The notes: a model not told the origin generated them from the letters alone. Counted from the first letter of the stretch, positions 54,076 to 62,950 are shown. The stretch: DNA of 64,000 bases from a virus (IMGVR_UViG_2974696732_000001), one strand, 5' to 3'. Translations and numbers: made by a program.

Positions 54076-54843
54076 ATGAAGATTGTCATCGCAGGTGACT
54101 GGCATGGTGACACGAATCACGCTCGAAAGGTTGTCCGTCTCGCTGCTGAAAATGGCGTAAAGGTCATCATGCAGGTTGGTGACTTTGGCTACTGGGAGCA
54201 CGAAGTTGACGGATTCAACTATCTTGACGCTCTGAATGATGAGTGTCGTAAGCATGGTGTCAAGGTCTACTTCGTGGCCGGAAACCATGAGAACTGGGAC
54301 CGTCTAGACTGGATGGAGAAGAATAACCCAAAGACCTATGCAGGACTGACGGTTATCCGTTCCCACATTCGCTACACAGGGCGTGTGAAGCGCTGGAGCG
54401 TAGACGGAAAGTGGTTCCAGGCTGTTGGTGGTGCAGTCAGCATTGACAAGGCACATCGAAAGCTTGGTAAGTCTTGGTGGGCTCAGGAGGCTGTTCCTGA
54501 GCGTGTGGTAAAGGGTCTGGAGAATGCAGGTCGTCAGTCTGACTACCTTCTGACTCATGATGCTCCCACATGTGCGCCGTTTCGATTCCGGCTCAAGAAT
54601 GACCCTGACTCTCAGATGCATCGAGAATTGATGAATCGAATCGGCCGAGTCGTGAAGCCAAAGATTTGGTTCCACGGACACTACCACACATGGATGGAGA
54701 ACTACTCTTTCATGCACCAGACAGGCTACAGCAGCGTGTACGGTCTTGAAATGAATGGTGACTTCTACCACTGTGTTGTCCTTGACACCGAGAACGATTC
54801 GGTGCAGACTAGGACTGGTAAGGTCATCGAGCTTGAGCAGTAA
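54076..54843 (+). CDS. calcineurin-like metallophosphoesterase
   Basis: GDWHGD, GDFGYW, GNHEN and GHYH motifs. Confidence 0.75.
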   Translation: MKIVIAGDWHGDTNHARKVVRLAAENGVKVIMQVGDFGYWEHEVDGFNYLDALNDECRKHGVKVYFVAGNHENWDRLDWMEKNNPKTYAGLTVIRSHIRYTGRVKRWSVDGKWFQAVGGAVSIDKAHRKLGKSWWAQEAVPERVVKGLENAGRQSDYLLTHDAPTCAPFRFRLKNDPDSQMHRELMNRIGRVVKPKIWFHGHYHTWMENYSFMHQTGYSSVYGLEMNGDFYHCVVLDTENDSVQTRTGKVIELEQ

Positions 54844-54931
54844 CCTCCGCTTCATAATCAAGTCTGTGTTACTCTTTTAGAGAATTCTTCAAGAATGCGC
54901 AGACTTGAGGAGAAGGAGGTGAAATCAAAAA

Positions 54932-55288
54932 ATGGCAGAATACAAGTACGAGCCAAAGACTTCTCAGGACGTTGTTGCTCCACACCTTGACCCACTAGCG
55001 GACGAGGATGCAAAGCGTGCTGAGGATGCAGGCGTAAAGGACTCAGCTTTTGTTGACTATGAGGCTGCTCTAGAGAATTACCAGAGCCGTTCAGACGTAG
55101 AGACTCTAGCTGCCCGTCGTGCCCGTGAGGGTGGATGGAAGTTCGAAGACGCTGCATTCCGTCGTTCTGCAAAGGACGATGAGCTAACCGGTGGTGGTGT
55201 TGTCACCTCTGACCAGGCAACCGATAAGGCACCTGAACAGCAGAAGGAAGTAAAGGACACCGCAACCGCACGCAAGTCAAGCAAGTAA
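54932..55288 (+). CDS. hypothetical acidic protein
   Basis: 118-aa ORF. Confidence 0.45.
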   Translation: MAEYKYEPKTSQDVVAPHLDPLADEDAKRAEDAGVKDSAFVDYEAALENYQSRSDVETLAARRAREGGWKFEDAAFRRSAKDDELTGGGVVTSDQATDKAPEQQKEVKDTATARKSSK

Positions 55289-55307
55289 GCATAGACTTAA
55301 TAATTGA

Positions 55308-55337
55308 ACAGGGAGGTTAATAGCCTCCCTGTTCTGT
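55308..55337 (+). terminator. rho-independent terminator
   Basis: ACAGGGAGG-TTAATAG-CCTCCCTGT + TCTG. Confidence 0.6.
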
Positions 55338-55368
55338 CATCAGCAAAACAAGAAAAGAGAAAGCGATT

Positions 55369-55608
55369 ATGTCTGTTGTTCTAGACTACAACTCAGTGGA
55401 CCAGTTCGTTGAATCTCAGCAGAAGGCTGGGAATGATGTACGCTGGGAGGGCTGGGACCTGGTGTTTTTCCGTAAGAGCAAGAATCAGTCCGGTTGGTCA
55501 AAGCGTGACGGTGCTTACCGTAACGCCAACTGGGGATTCCAGACTCGCATTGCGGTTGGCAACGATGGAAAGTGGAGGGTTCCTAACCGTAATGTCAAGC
55601 ATTCTTGA
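55369..55608 (+). CDS. hypothetical protein
   Basis: 79-aa ORF. Confidence 0.4.
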   Translation: MSVVLDYNSVDQFVESQQKAGNDVRWEGWDLVFFRKSKNQSGWSKRDGAYRNANWGFQTRIAVGNDGKWRVPNRNVKHS

Positions 55609-55900
55609 GCAAAGGGGCATAAGTCCAGAGGAAGTGGAGTGGGAAGACCTGGCTTTGTGTCGTGGTCTTCCCACTTCTTTCTTCTTTGAGACTTACGAGC
55701 AGGACAAAATTTCTGCTCGGTATGTAGATGAGATGTGCCTTCGCTGTCCTGTCATGAAGCAGTGTGCAATGGCAGCCAAGGATAACAATGGCTTTGGAGT
55801 ATGGGGCGGCGTTTATTGGAATGGCGCTAAGGTAGATACCTACCGCAATGCTCATAAAACTCCAGAGGTATGGAAGAGAATCAAGGAGAGATTGTCGTGA
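55592..55900 (+). CDS. whiB: WhiB-like (Wbl) Fe-S transcription factor
   Basis: Cys pattern LALCRG..CLRCPVMKQC plus GVWGG, the actinobacterial WhiB signature. Trimmed from track ORF 55409... Confidence 0.7.
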   Translation: MSSILEQRGISPEEVEWEDLALCRGLPTSFFFETYEQDKISARYVDEMCLRCPVMKQCAMAAKDNNGFGVWGGVYWNGAKVDTYRNAHKTPEVWKRIKERLS

Positions 55901-56205
55901 GTGTAGAGAACGCATACGCTCTCTTGCAGGTAGAGAACGTCAGGAAGGCGTTCAGGGAATTCAAGTTTGAACCTGGTACAGGATTCACCTGCGACCTTGT
56001 ACAATACCCTGCAACGCAGCACGACGTTCCCAACTTCGCACTATGGGCATACAAGAACACCTTCGACAATCTTACTGAGCACCAAAAGCTGCTCATCACT
56101 GAACAGATAAGTCGTCTGATTCAATTGATTCGTTCCCTTGGTGTAAACTGTATATTGGAGGTCCATGATGCACCGGGAAAGTCAGGTAGTACGAGTAGAA
56201 ACTGA
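55897..56205 (+). CDS. hypothetical protein
   Basis: GTG start overlapping the whiB stop. Confidence 0.4.
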   Translation: MSVENAYALLQVENVRKAFREFKFEPGTGFTCDLVQYPATQHDVPNFALWAYKNTFDNLTEHQKLLITEQISRLIQLIRSLGVNCILEVHDAPGKSGSTSRN

Positions 56206-56350
56206 CGAAGGTCTTGCCTTTGGAATAATCAAAGAAGTCCTGGCGTTCCATTGTAAGGTTGATTACTTCATCAATGGAAGCTGGGACAGTGATTATTTCG
56301 AGCATGATGATGTCGAAGTCATTGGCGAAATAGGATATGAGGTAGAGTGA
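56165..56350 (+). CDS. hypothetical protein
   Basis: 61-aa ORF. Confidence 0.35.
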   Translation: MMHRESQVVRVETDEGLAFGIIKEVLAFHCKVDYFINGSWDSDYFEHDDVEVIGEIGYEVE

Positions 56351-56577
56351 GAGAACTAGTTTGTGATAGCTGTGGGGGTCAGAGGTTCAGCCTAACCTCT
56401 GTGCAGTCAAAACTACTCGAAACCATGACCTTCAATCTATGTAATGATTGTAAGGATGATGGCAAGGAGCCGCGTTGGCTCATCGTTTTGGCGGCTCGGA
56501 ACGGTCAGGATGTGAATCACTGGCTTTCAAACCAGCTATACGAGGGAACAGAAATCAAGCAGGAGGATTTGAATTAA
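56347..56577 (+). CDS. zinc-ribbon protein
   Basis: CDSCGG..CNDC. Confidence 0.4.
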   Translation: MRELVCDSCGGQRFSLTSVQSKLLETMTFNLCNDCKDDGKEPRWLIVLAARNGQDVNHWLSNQLYEGTEIKQEDLN

Positions 56578-56583
56578 GCCTCC

Positions 56584-56651
56584 AGGCCGGGTATACTAGG
56601 CACATCTAGGGAACTATGGGGTTCGAATCCCTACCGGCCGCAATAAATCCC
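56584..56651 (+). ncRNA. armless tRNA-like element (acceptor + one hairpin + T-arm)
   Basis: GGCCGG/CCGGCC stem, CTAG..CTAG hairpin and T-arm TGGGGTTCGAATCCCTA. 32 nt precede the T-stem, too few for a tRNA. Confidence 0.3.
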
Positions 56652-56668
56652 CTTGAGGGGAGGATAGG

Positions 56669-56917
56669 TTGTACGTTGAGAACGACACAGAAGTATCGCA
56701 CTGCATCAAAGAATTGACGAGAGAGATATGGGTGACCATTAAAATGGTCTTGAGGTCCGAGGCTACAGTAGAGCAAATTTACGATGCAGCTTCTAGGGCC
56801 AAGTTTCTGCGTCTCTATATTGATAGATACCGTGTCAAGGAATTCACTTCCCTCACAGAAACCGAGCTATGGCTAGCTCAGGAAGTAGCAGATGCAGTAG
56901 AAGACTTGATTGATTGA
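56669..56917 (+). CDS. hypothetical protein
   Basis: 82-aa ORF with a TTG start. Confidence 0.35.
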   Translation: MYVENDTEVSHCIKELTREIWVTIKMVLRSEATVEQIYDAASRAKFLRLYIDRYRVKEFTSLTETELWLAQEVADAVEDLID

Positions 56918-56948
56918 CTTTTAACTCATCTGTGATTACAATTCAGGT

Positions 56949-57350
56949 ATGTCCAGGATATCAACAGCTCTAGTCAAATTGTTCAAGCACCCTCTAGTGG
57001 TTGTAGAGGTGATTATTGCTGTCGGTTTGCTGGTCTCAGGATTGTACACAGTAGGCCCATGGTATGTTACTAACGCAACGACTCCTATCGGTCAGGCGAT
57101 TGACTCCACACTCGTCAGAATGGCAATAGGAGCTTTTTATACACTCAGCGCTTTGACTTCACTATGGGGAGGATTTAAGGATTGGGACGAAAGCAGGTCA
57201 ATTGGTCTGTTCATGATGTTCCTCTCCTACTCATTCATCACTATTCTTAGATGGATGGCGATTGGCTTTGTTCCTCTGACTTGGGTATTCAGCCTTACCT
57301 TGGCCCTTATTGTGGCATTCCTATACTTTAGGATAAGGTTGCTGAAATAA
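56949..57350 (+). CDS. membrane protein (4 TM helices)
   Basis: 133-aa hydrophobic ORF. Confidence 0.45.
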   Translation: MSRISTALVKLFKHPLVVVEVIIAVGLLVSGLYTVGPWYVTNATTPIGQAIDSTLVRMAIGAFYTLSALTSLWGGFKDWDESRSIGLFMMFLSYSFITILRWMAIGFVPLTWVFSLTLALIVAFLYFRIRLLK

Positions 57351-57656
57351 ATGCCCGAGATTACTACGGCTTGGATAGCCTTGATTGGTACAGTGCTGGG
57401 TGGGGTTGGACTAAAGTTTGTCGAACACTGGCTCAGCCGTAGCAAGGTTCGGGATGACACAGCCGCTCAGCTCAGAAATGAATTGAGAACTGAAATTCAG
57501 GGACTCAAGCAAGAGCTGAACAATGTTGAAACCGACCTAGACAAGTGGCGTGGAAAGTATTACGAATTGATGGACAACTTTATCAAAGTCAAGAGTGAGC
57601 TTGAGACGGCCATGCGGCAGCTACAAAATCAACAGAACAACAACACAAACCCCTAG
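57351..57656 (+). CDS. membrane-anchored coiled-coil protein
   Basis: N-terminal TM helix plus a coiled coil. Confidence 0.45.
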   Translation: MPEITTAWIALIGTVLGGVGLKFVEHWLSRSKVRDDTAAQLRNELRTEIQGLKQELNNVETDLDKWRGKYYELMDNFIKVKSELETAMRQLQNQQNNNTNP

Positions 57657-57673
57657 CCGATGCTAGGGGTTCT
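57650..57673 (+). terminator. terminator
   Basis: CCCCTAGC-CGAT-GCTAGGGG + TTCT. Confidence 0.55.
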
Positions 57674-57690
57674 GTGCTAGAGTAAGGAGC

Positions 57691-57888
57691 ATGACGATGG
57701 AAGCAGTGATGGAACGTCCTCTTCGTAAGACTGAGGACAGATGTGACAGATGCAACGCTCAGGCGTTTGTGATTGCAGAGAAGGGTGACATGGCCCTGCT
57801 ATTCTGTGGACATCATGGCAAGCAGTACAAGCAAGCACTTGAGATGCAGGGCTGGGGACTGCTTGACTTCACCGACGAGATTGGCTAG
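57691..57888 (+). CDS. small zinc-binding protein
   Basis: CDRC..CGHH. Confidence 0.4.
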   Translation: MTMEAVMERPLRKTEDRCDRCNAQAFVIAEKGDMALLFCGHHGKQYKQALEMQGWGLLDFTDEIG

Positions 57889-57897
57889 AGTAGAGAC

Positions 57898-58131
57898 ATG
57901 GACACAGAGAAGCGGTTCTTCGTAGGAGACGTTGTTCGTATCACTGCCTCTGAAAGTGGGCGTAGTGAATGGATTGACTTCCTTGCCATGGTTGAACCGT
58001 GGCCGGAAGGTGAGGAGCAGTGGGTGGATGGGATGCTGCACAACTGGCTTCTTCCTCTTTATCGGCGTCCTGACGGGTTTGAGTACAGCCCGTTCATGTG
58101 GCCCACTCGCAATCTCGAAAAGGTCAGCTAG
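57898..58131 (+). CDS. hypothetical protein
   Basis: 77-aa ORF. Confidence 0.4.
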   Translation: MDTEKRFFVGDVVRITASESGRSEWIDFLAMVEPWPEGEEQWVDGMLHNWLLPLYRRPDGFEYSPFMWPTRNLEKVS

Positions 58132-58141
58132 TCTGACCCAT

Positions 58142-58221
58142 TCCCCAGTTGCTCTGTTTGGTAGGGGCCGCCTGACTTTGAATCAGGACTAGCGACGTAG
58201 GTTCGAATCCTGCCTGGGGAG
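58142..58221 (+). tRNA. tRNA-Gln(TTG)
   Basis: Acceptor TCCCCAG/CTGGGGA perfect, anticodon stem CCTGA/TCAGG with loop CTTTGAA, 9-nt variable loop. Confidence 0.6.
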
Positions 58222-58222
58222 C

Positions 58223-58459
58223 ATGTTTAATGAAGAGAACAACATCGAGTACGACAACGTAGACGTTTCGGCTGAGAACGGTATGCTTGTTCTCATCTAC
58301 AAGAAGGGCAGTAAAGCTGTCTTTCGTACTCGTATCGACGGGCCCAATCGAGGTAAGCTCATCTGGGCAATGTGGAAGAAGCACAGGGAGGCCAAGAAGT
58401 GGCGGATTATTCCTTCACTGACCACCGAGGGCGACGGGTCAACAAAGGAGACCGAGTAA
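58223..58459 (+). CDS. hypothetical protein
   Basis: 78-aa ORF after tRNA-Gln. Confidence 0.4.
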   Translation: MFNEENNIEYDNVDVSAENGMLVLIYKKGSKAVFRTRIDGPNRGKLIWAMWKKHREAKKWRIIPSLTTEGDGSTKETE

Positions 58460-58671
58460 AGGTATTCCGAGCCCCACAGGGCAAGGAAGACTGGATTGGC
58501 TGTACAGCCACGGTAACCAGCGTTGTTCTGCCTTACAAAAGTCTGGTCCAATTGATGGACCTAAAGGACCAGCCCTCAAGCTACAAAGACCGATTCGTGT
58601 ATCATCCTCACGAATATTTGGAGAAGGCATAGCCAGGACCAGTTCCTGGCTATTGCCATGTAAGGAGACAA

Positions 58672-59271
58672 ATGAAGTTTGAAGAACTGAATAATTCTAT
58701 TCCATACGTAATTGGAGGGAAGAAGCATATTCTTTCTACCAGTCCTTACGATGGAGTGACACTGCGAATGCCTGGCAGGCATGAGAATGACACTGAAAAG
58801 CCTGGTGGAGATTTCGTAGTAGAAATCACGGATGACACCACAAGCTGGGAGTCAAAGCAGTTCACTCACCAGCACATCTTCGATGACTTCCAAGACAAGC
58901 TAGAACTTGACGAGGAAGCCACCAAGAAGCTTATGAGCCTTTACGCAAAGGTAGTGCTGGGCGAGGACCCAGACGATTTCTTCAAATATGGATACCCCAA
59001 GTCTGAGGCTTGGGAGGGCACCGTTAAGGTTGACACCCTACTTGCTGCGTTGCAGTGTCTTGCGGTTGCTGAGCACAGACGCTATGCTAGGTATGAAGCA
59101 AAGATGGGTGGACGATTCCTTCCTGCTCGCTTCACTGCTGGCATCGTCTATGGACTTTGGACCGCTGATGATGCTAAGATGGTTGTACGAAAGGGAAGGC
59201 CCGGTGTTGAGATGCTTGAGCGTCTTAATGGCAAGCCTCCCACACTACAAGAACTAGCCGACATCGAATAG
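58672..59271 (+). CDS. hypothetical protein
   Basis: 199-aa ORF. Confidence 0.45.
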   Translation: MKFEELNNSIPYVIGGKKHILSTSPYDGVTLRMPGRHENDTEKPGGDFVVEITDDTTSWESKQFTHQHIFDDFQDKLELDEEATKKLMSLYAKVVLGEDPDDFFKYGYPKSEAWEGTVKVDTLLAALQCLAVAEHRRYARYEAKMGGRFLPARFTAGIVYGLWTADDAKMVVRKGRPGVEMLERLNGKPPTLQELADIE

Positions 59272-59279
59272 GAGGAACG

Positions 59280-59468
59280 GTGGCTGAACCACGTAGGCCA
59301 CGAGTGGACTTCACTGCGAACGAGCGTCGAACAGAAATCAATCTGTTGAACGACCTCAAGACTGCAAAGAGGTTCAAGGACGTGTATCCTGCACGTCTTG
59401 CGGAAGCTGAGCAGAACCTTGCTGAACTTTACGCTCTCGTTGAAGCACGGTATCGCGCCGAAAAGTAA
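59280..59468 (+). CDS. hypothetical protein
   Basis: 62-aa ORF. Confidence 0.35.
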   Translation: MAEPRRPRVDFTANERRTEINLLNDLKTAKRFKDVYPARLAEAEQNLAELYALVEARYRAEK

Positions 59469-59710
59469 TGGAAGAAAGAGAGTCTTTTGTACTGACGACT
59501 GATTCTGCAATCATTGATTCCGTTGAGGAAGCTGTGAGAAATGTAAATATTTCAGTCTCACTTCTATCAGCGATTCTTCAAGAGGCTTTGGCTAAGGCAA
59601 AGATTCCTCTGGATGATGACACGATAGATGCTTTTGGAATCATTGAGCAGAGTACAGCGTCAGTCAATATGTACCTTGAGAGGCTAGGTCTGTGGAATTC
59701 AAAGAACTAG
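59468..59710 (+). CDS. hypothetical protein
   Basis: 80-aa ORF. Confidence 0.4.
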   Translation: MEERESFVLTTDSAIIDSVEEAVRNVNISVSLLSAILQEALAKAKIPLDDDTIDAFGIIEQSTASVNMYLERLGLWNSKN

Positions 59711-59964
59711 CCAAAGAAATCAAGGAAGTCTTTGATGCTAAGGGATACACGTGGAAGGTTGCGGAGGTCTCGACTGTCCCAACCGAACATGATATCCTTG
59801 AGACGATGCAGCAGATGGCCAAGCGACTTGACCAAGAGCCTGATGGTTCGTGGCTTGAGCTTGGTCGGCTCATCTTTATCAAGACTGGAAGTCTCATTGA
59901 TGTATACGTACTTCATGGGACGGTAAGGAACAATGAACAACCCACTCAGGAGCCTGTACTTTAG
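59692..59964 (+). CDS. hypothetical protein
   Basis: 90-aa ORF. Confidence 0.4.
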   Translation: MEFKELAKEIKEVFDAKGYTWKVAEVSTVPTEHDILETMQQMAKRLDQEPDGSWLELGRLIFIKTGSLIDVYVLHGTVRNNEQPTQEPVL

Positions 59965-60005
59965 GCTTCGCAAAGCAATTTACAATCACTTGTGAGGAAT
60001 CATCC

Positions 60006-60422
60006 ATGGACTTCATTTACAGCAATTCTATCGCCACGAATTCCAGTGCCCTACAGGGTGTATACTGGAACAAGAACTCTGAGGAACTGGTCGTTCAGTT
60101 CTGGGGCGGAAGTGTCATCAAGTACATTGGCTTCAATGAGGACGACTATCGTGCCTTTGCCAGTGCGCTGAGCAAGGGTCGCTTCTACTCTCAGTACGTG
60201 AAGGGTAACTTCCGTGGTGAGAAGATGGACAACGAAACCAACTTCGTTCACGAGCAGGACGTAGTTACTCCGTTCTCTCAGGTTCAGGAGCTTGAGGCTG
60301 AGGTCGGTCCTTCTGTCCAGGTGACCGTAAACATTTATGTAAACGGTGACCCCGAGCAGATTGCCAAGGCTGTCGAGCGTCTTGCTCCGAGCATTCGCGC
60401 GGTACAGAATTGGAGGGGATGA
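60006..60422 (+). CDS. hypothetical protein
   Basis: 138-aa ORF. Confidence 0.45.
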   Translation: MDFIYSNSIATNSSALQGVYWNKNSEELVVQFWGGSVIKYIGFNEDDYRAFASALSKGRFYSQYVKGNFRGEKMDNETNFVHEQDVVTPFSQVQELEAEVGPSVQVTVNIYVNGDPEQIAKAVERLAPSIRAVQNWRG

Positions 60423-60727
60423 GAATCCTAGTAAAGGTAGATGAACTCAAGGATTTTGAGTCATACACCGAACGTAAGGCAGTCGTTGTTTTCTCTGCAC
60501 CTGAATGGTGCGTGCCTTGTCAGAGACTACAGCCACACATCGAGAAGCTAGCTGACAAGCTAGACTATCCTGTCGTGTATGTGGATATCGATAAGGCAGA
60601 GGAAATCAAGAATACACAGCAGGTCATGTCTGTTCCACAGGTTTACGAATTTGTGGAGGGCAAGCCTGTTCGTGCTCTTGGTGGACGCACTGTCCTTGCG
60701 CTTGAACGGGAACTAGCCGCTGAGTAA
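60410..60727 (+). CDS. thioredoxin
   Basis: WCVPC active-site motif in a thioredoxin-sized protein. Confidence 0.7.
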   Translation: MEGMRILVKVDELKDFESYTERKAVVVFSAPEWCVPCQRLQPHIEKLADKLDYPVVYVDIDKAEEIKNTQQVMSVPQVYEFVEGKPVRALGGRTVLALERELAAE

Positions 60728-60739
60728 TCAGCGGCTTTT
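60716..60739 (+). terminator. rho-independent terminator after the thioredoxin gene
   Basis: GCCGCTGA-GTAA-TCAGCGGC + TTTT. Confidence 0.65.
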
Positions 60740-60857
60740 GCCGTATCACTTGACTTTGATAAGTGATGAGCGTAACATGGCACCATGGAAACGGTGCTGA
60801 TGTACGCAGTAGGATTGCTGCTAGGTCTCATAGGGATAGGTCTGGCAGAGCTGTCTT

Positions 60858-61043
60858 ATGTTTTCATCAAGCGCTACGATATCCCTGGCTTCTATTGGCC
60901 AGATACCGAAGAGGATGAGGAACGTGACGTGTGAACAGTGTGGTTCGACGTGCGATGACAGCGTAAGCTTCGATACGCTCGTAAAGAGAGTATTCTTCTG
61001 CTGCCTATCACACCGGGCAGCCTGGTTTTTCGGATGGCTGTGA
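60858..61043 (+). CDS. hypothetical Cys-containing protein
   Basis: 61-aa ORF. Confidence 0.3.
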   Translation: MFSSSATISLASIGQIPKRMRNVTCEQCGSTCDDSVSFDTLVKRVFFCCLSHRAAWFFGWL

Positions 61044-61117
61044 AATGTTGTTTTTGATTGGAGGGCTCCTGTGGGTCCTCCTCATTCTTTTTATTTGTCG
61101 ATGGTTCTACGTAATCA

Positions 61118-61612
61118 GTGAAAGGCGAGAACATGACACCAGTACAACCAATCGTAAGGTTTGATGGCGAACACAGATGGCTGTCAAACTTCTATGAGAT
61201 TCCTGTACGAGTAGGCAACCTGACGTTTGCGAATAACGAGGCGGCGTTCCAGGGTGCCAAGTACAAAGCTGCAAAGTGTGACCAGGCAGAGCAGTACAGG
61301 TACCTTGAGAAAATGGTACAGGCCGACCCACAGACTGCTAAGAACATGGGCAGACGCATCCCCATAGACCTTGACAAGTGGGAGTCCATCAAGGTAACGT
61401 GTATGAGAGAGGTAGTCAAGGCGAAGTTCGACCAACACGAAGACCTCAGAATCAAGCTTATTGAAACTGGCGCTGCCCTGCTTGTTGAGGGCAATCATTG
61501 GGGAGATAAGTTTTGGGGCCGGTGTGATGGAAAGGGACTGAACGTCCTTGGCTCTATTCTCATGGAACTTAGAGGCTATTACTTCTGGAAGGAATACCAG
61601 AGCATATGGTAA
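61118..61612 (+). CDS. NADAR (YbiA-like, DUF1768) domain protein
   Basis: FDGEHRWLSNFY and FANNEAAFQGAKY conserved NADAR motifs. Confidence 0.65.
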   Translation: MKGENMTPVQPIVRFDGEHRWLSNFYEIPVRVGNLTFANNEAAFQGAKYKAAKCDQAEQYRYLEKMVQADPQTAKNMGRRIPIDLDKWESIKVTCMREVVKAKFDQHEDLRIKLIETGAALLVEGNHWGDKFWGRCDGKGLNVLGSILMELRGYYFWKEYQSIW

Positions 61613-61770
61613 AGAAGATTCGAGTTCATTACGTTGGTGGCAGCTCTCAAGAAATCACCTTCGTAAAGCAGACTCCCATTCCTCGGAACAAGGAACTCAT
61701 TTACACCAAGCCTGACGGCAAGAAGGTGCATGTGAACCTTGACAACGTTCTGAGCGTGGAGGAGCTGTGA
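61606..61770 (+). CDS. small protein (54 aa)
   Basis: Not in the track. ATG overlaps the NADAR stop. Confidence 0.3.
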   Translation: MVKKIRVHYVGGSSQEITFVKQTPIPRNKELIYTKPDGKKVHVNLDNVLSVEEL

Positions 61771-62264
61771 CGGTAATCAGCGATATCAGGCGTATGCGTG
61801 ATTTGCCTGATGCAGAGGTGTCATCCAAGTTCAAGGGACTTGTTGATGGCTACGTAAAGGACTTGACCAAGAGCAAGTCAAAGGGCAATCCTGGTGCTGG
61901 CTCAATCCCTTCTGTGCGCGTCGGTAAGATTCGCAGAAAGAAGGGGCAGCTCATTCCCTCAGAGATTCTTTTCGCAATGCGTCAGAGCCTCTGGAAGATG
62001 GGCTGGACACAGGGCGTACTGCAAAACGCAGAAGGTCACATGTGTTTGCGTGGTGCCATGGTTTATATCAATCTCAAGGGTCACGCTCACAACGATGACT
62101 TGCAGATTGCTGCCCAATACCTACATGATGAGGTGAGGCGAAAGAATGGTGATGCTCGCCAGTACAATTTCATTTACTGGAACAACGAGCCTCGTCGCAC
62201 TCTCGCTGAAATCCTCAAGATTCTAGAGGATTGTGGTAATCGTGCCAAACTCGCAGGAGAATGA
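61767..62264 (+). CDS. hypothetical protein
   Basis: 165-aa ORF. Confidence 0.45.
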   Translation: MTVISDIRRMRDLPDAEVSSKFKGLVDGYVKDLTKSKSKGNPGAGSIPSVRVGKIRRKKGQLIPSEILFAMRQSLWKMGWTQGVLQNAEGHMCLRGAMVYINLKGHAHNDDLQIAAQYLHDEVRRKNGDARQYNFIYWNNEPRRTLAEILKILEDCGNRAKLAGE

Positions 62265-62694
62265 GTGGCAGGACGTTGGTCATACGACCGATGAAGGACT
62301 CAGTGTAAACATCCCAGAGATTGACTGGGAAGCAATGGCTGAGGCTCTTAGAGACCTTACTGAGGCATTCAGGGCAATTCGTCCACAGATGGAAGAGAAC
62401 TTCCGACGAATCGACCCGGAATTCAGTGGGGTTCATCCTCTCCATTATGAAAACCAAGTAAGGCGAATCAGAGAGACAGAAGACATGGCAGTTGATATCA
62501 GGCATGGCGAATACCCTCGTCGTGATGGTGATGGAACCTATTGGTATGACCCATCAACCTTGCACACTGATGAGCCGGGTGTTTGCTTTATGTGTAAGAC
62601 GCCAACCCACCGCCTTGACATTGACTATCATGGTCACTTCTGTGGCTCTGATGAATGCAATGAGGCAATCCGTCGAGACCTTGAGGCTCTGTGA
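62233..62694 (+). CDS. hypothetical Cys/His-rich protein
   Basis: CFMC..HFCGSDEC. Confidence 0.45.
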   Translation: MVIVPNSQENEWQDVGHTTDEGLSVNIPEIDWEAMAEALRDLTEAFRAIRPQMEENFRRIDPEFSGVHPLHYENQVRRIRETEDMAVDIRHGEYPRRDGDGTYWYDPSTLHTDEPGVCFMCKTPTHRLDIDYHGHFCGSDECNEAIRRDLEAL

Positions 62695-62915
62695 TGAAGA
62701 GATATCGAATTCACATCAGCCTCATGTCTGGCAAACTCATTTACTCCGACCCACTTGATGTGGGAAGTATGGACCATGATGAGATTGTCAGTCATCTTGA
62801 CCAGATTGTAGAAATTGTCAGCACTGGAGGTAGCCTCACTCTTTTGCTCAATGGGCAGAAGAAGACGTATCTCAATCACGCCATTGAATCTATTTGGTGG
62901 ACTGACGGTAGTTGA
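62691..62915 (+). CDS. hypothetical protein
   Basis: 74-aa ORF. Confidence 0.4.
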   Translation: MMKRYRIHISLMSGKLIYSDPLDVGSMDHDEIVSHLDQIVEIVSTGGSLTLLLNGQKKTYLNHAIESIWWTDGS

Positions 62916-62950
62916 CAATCTCGTAATCCATGCTTTAGCATGAGAGCATT

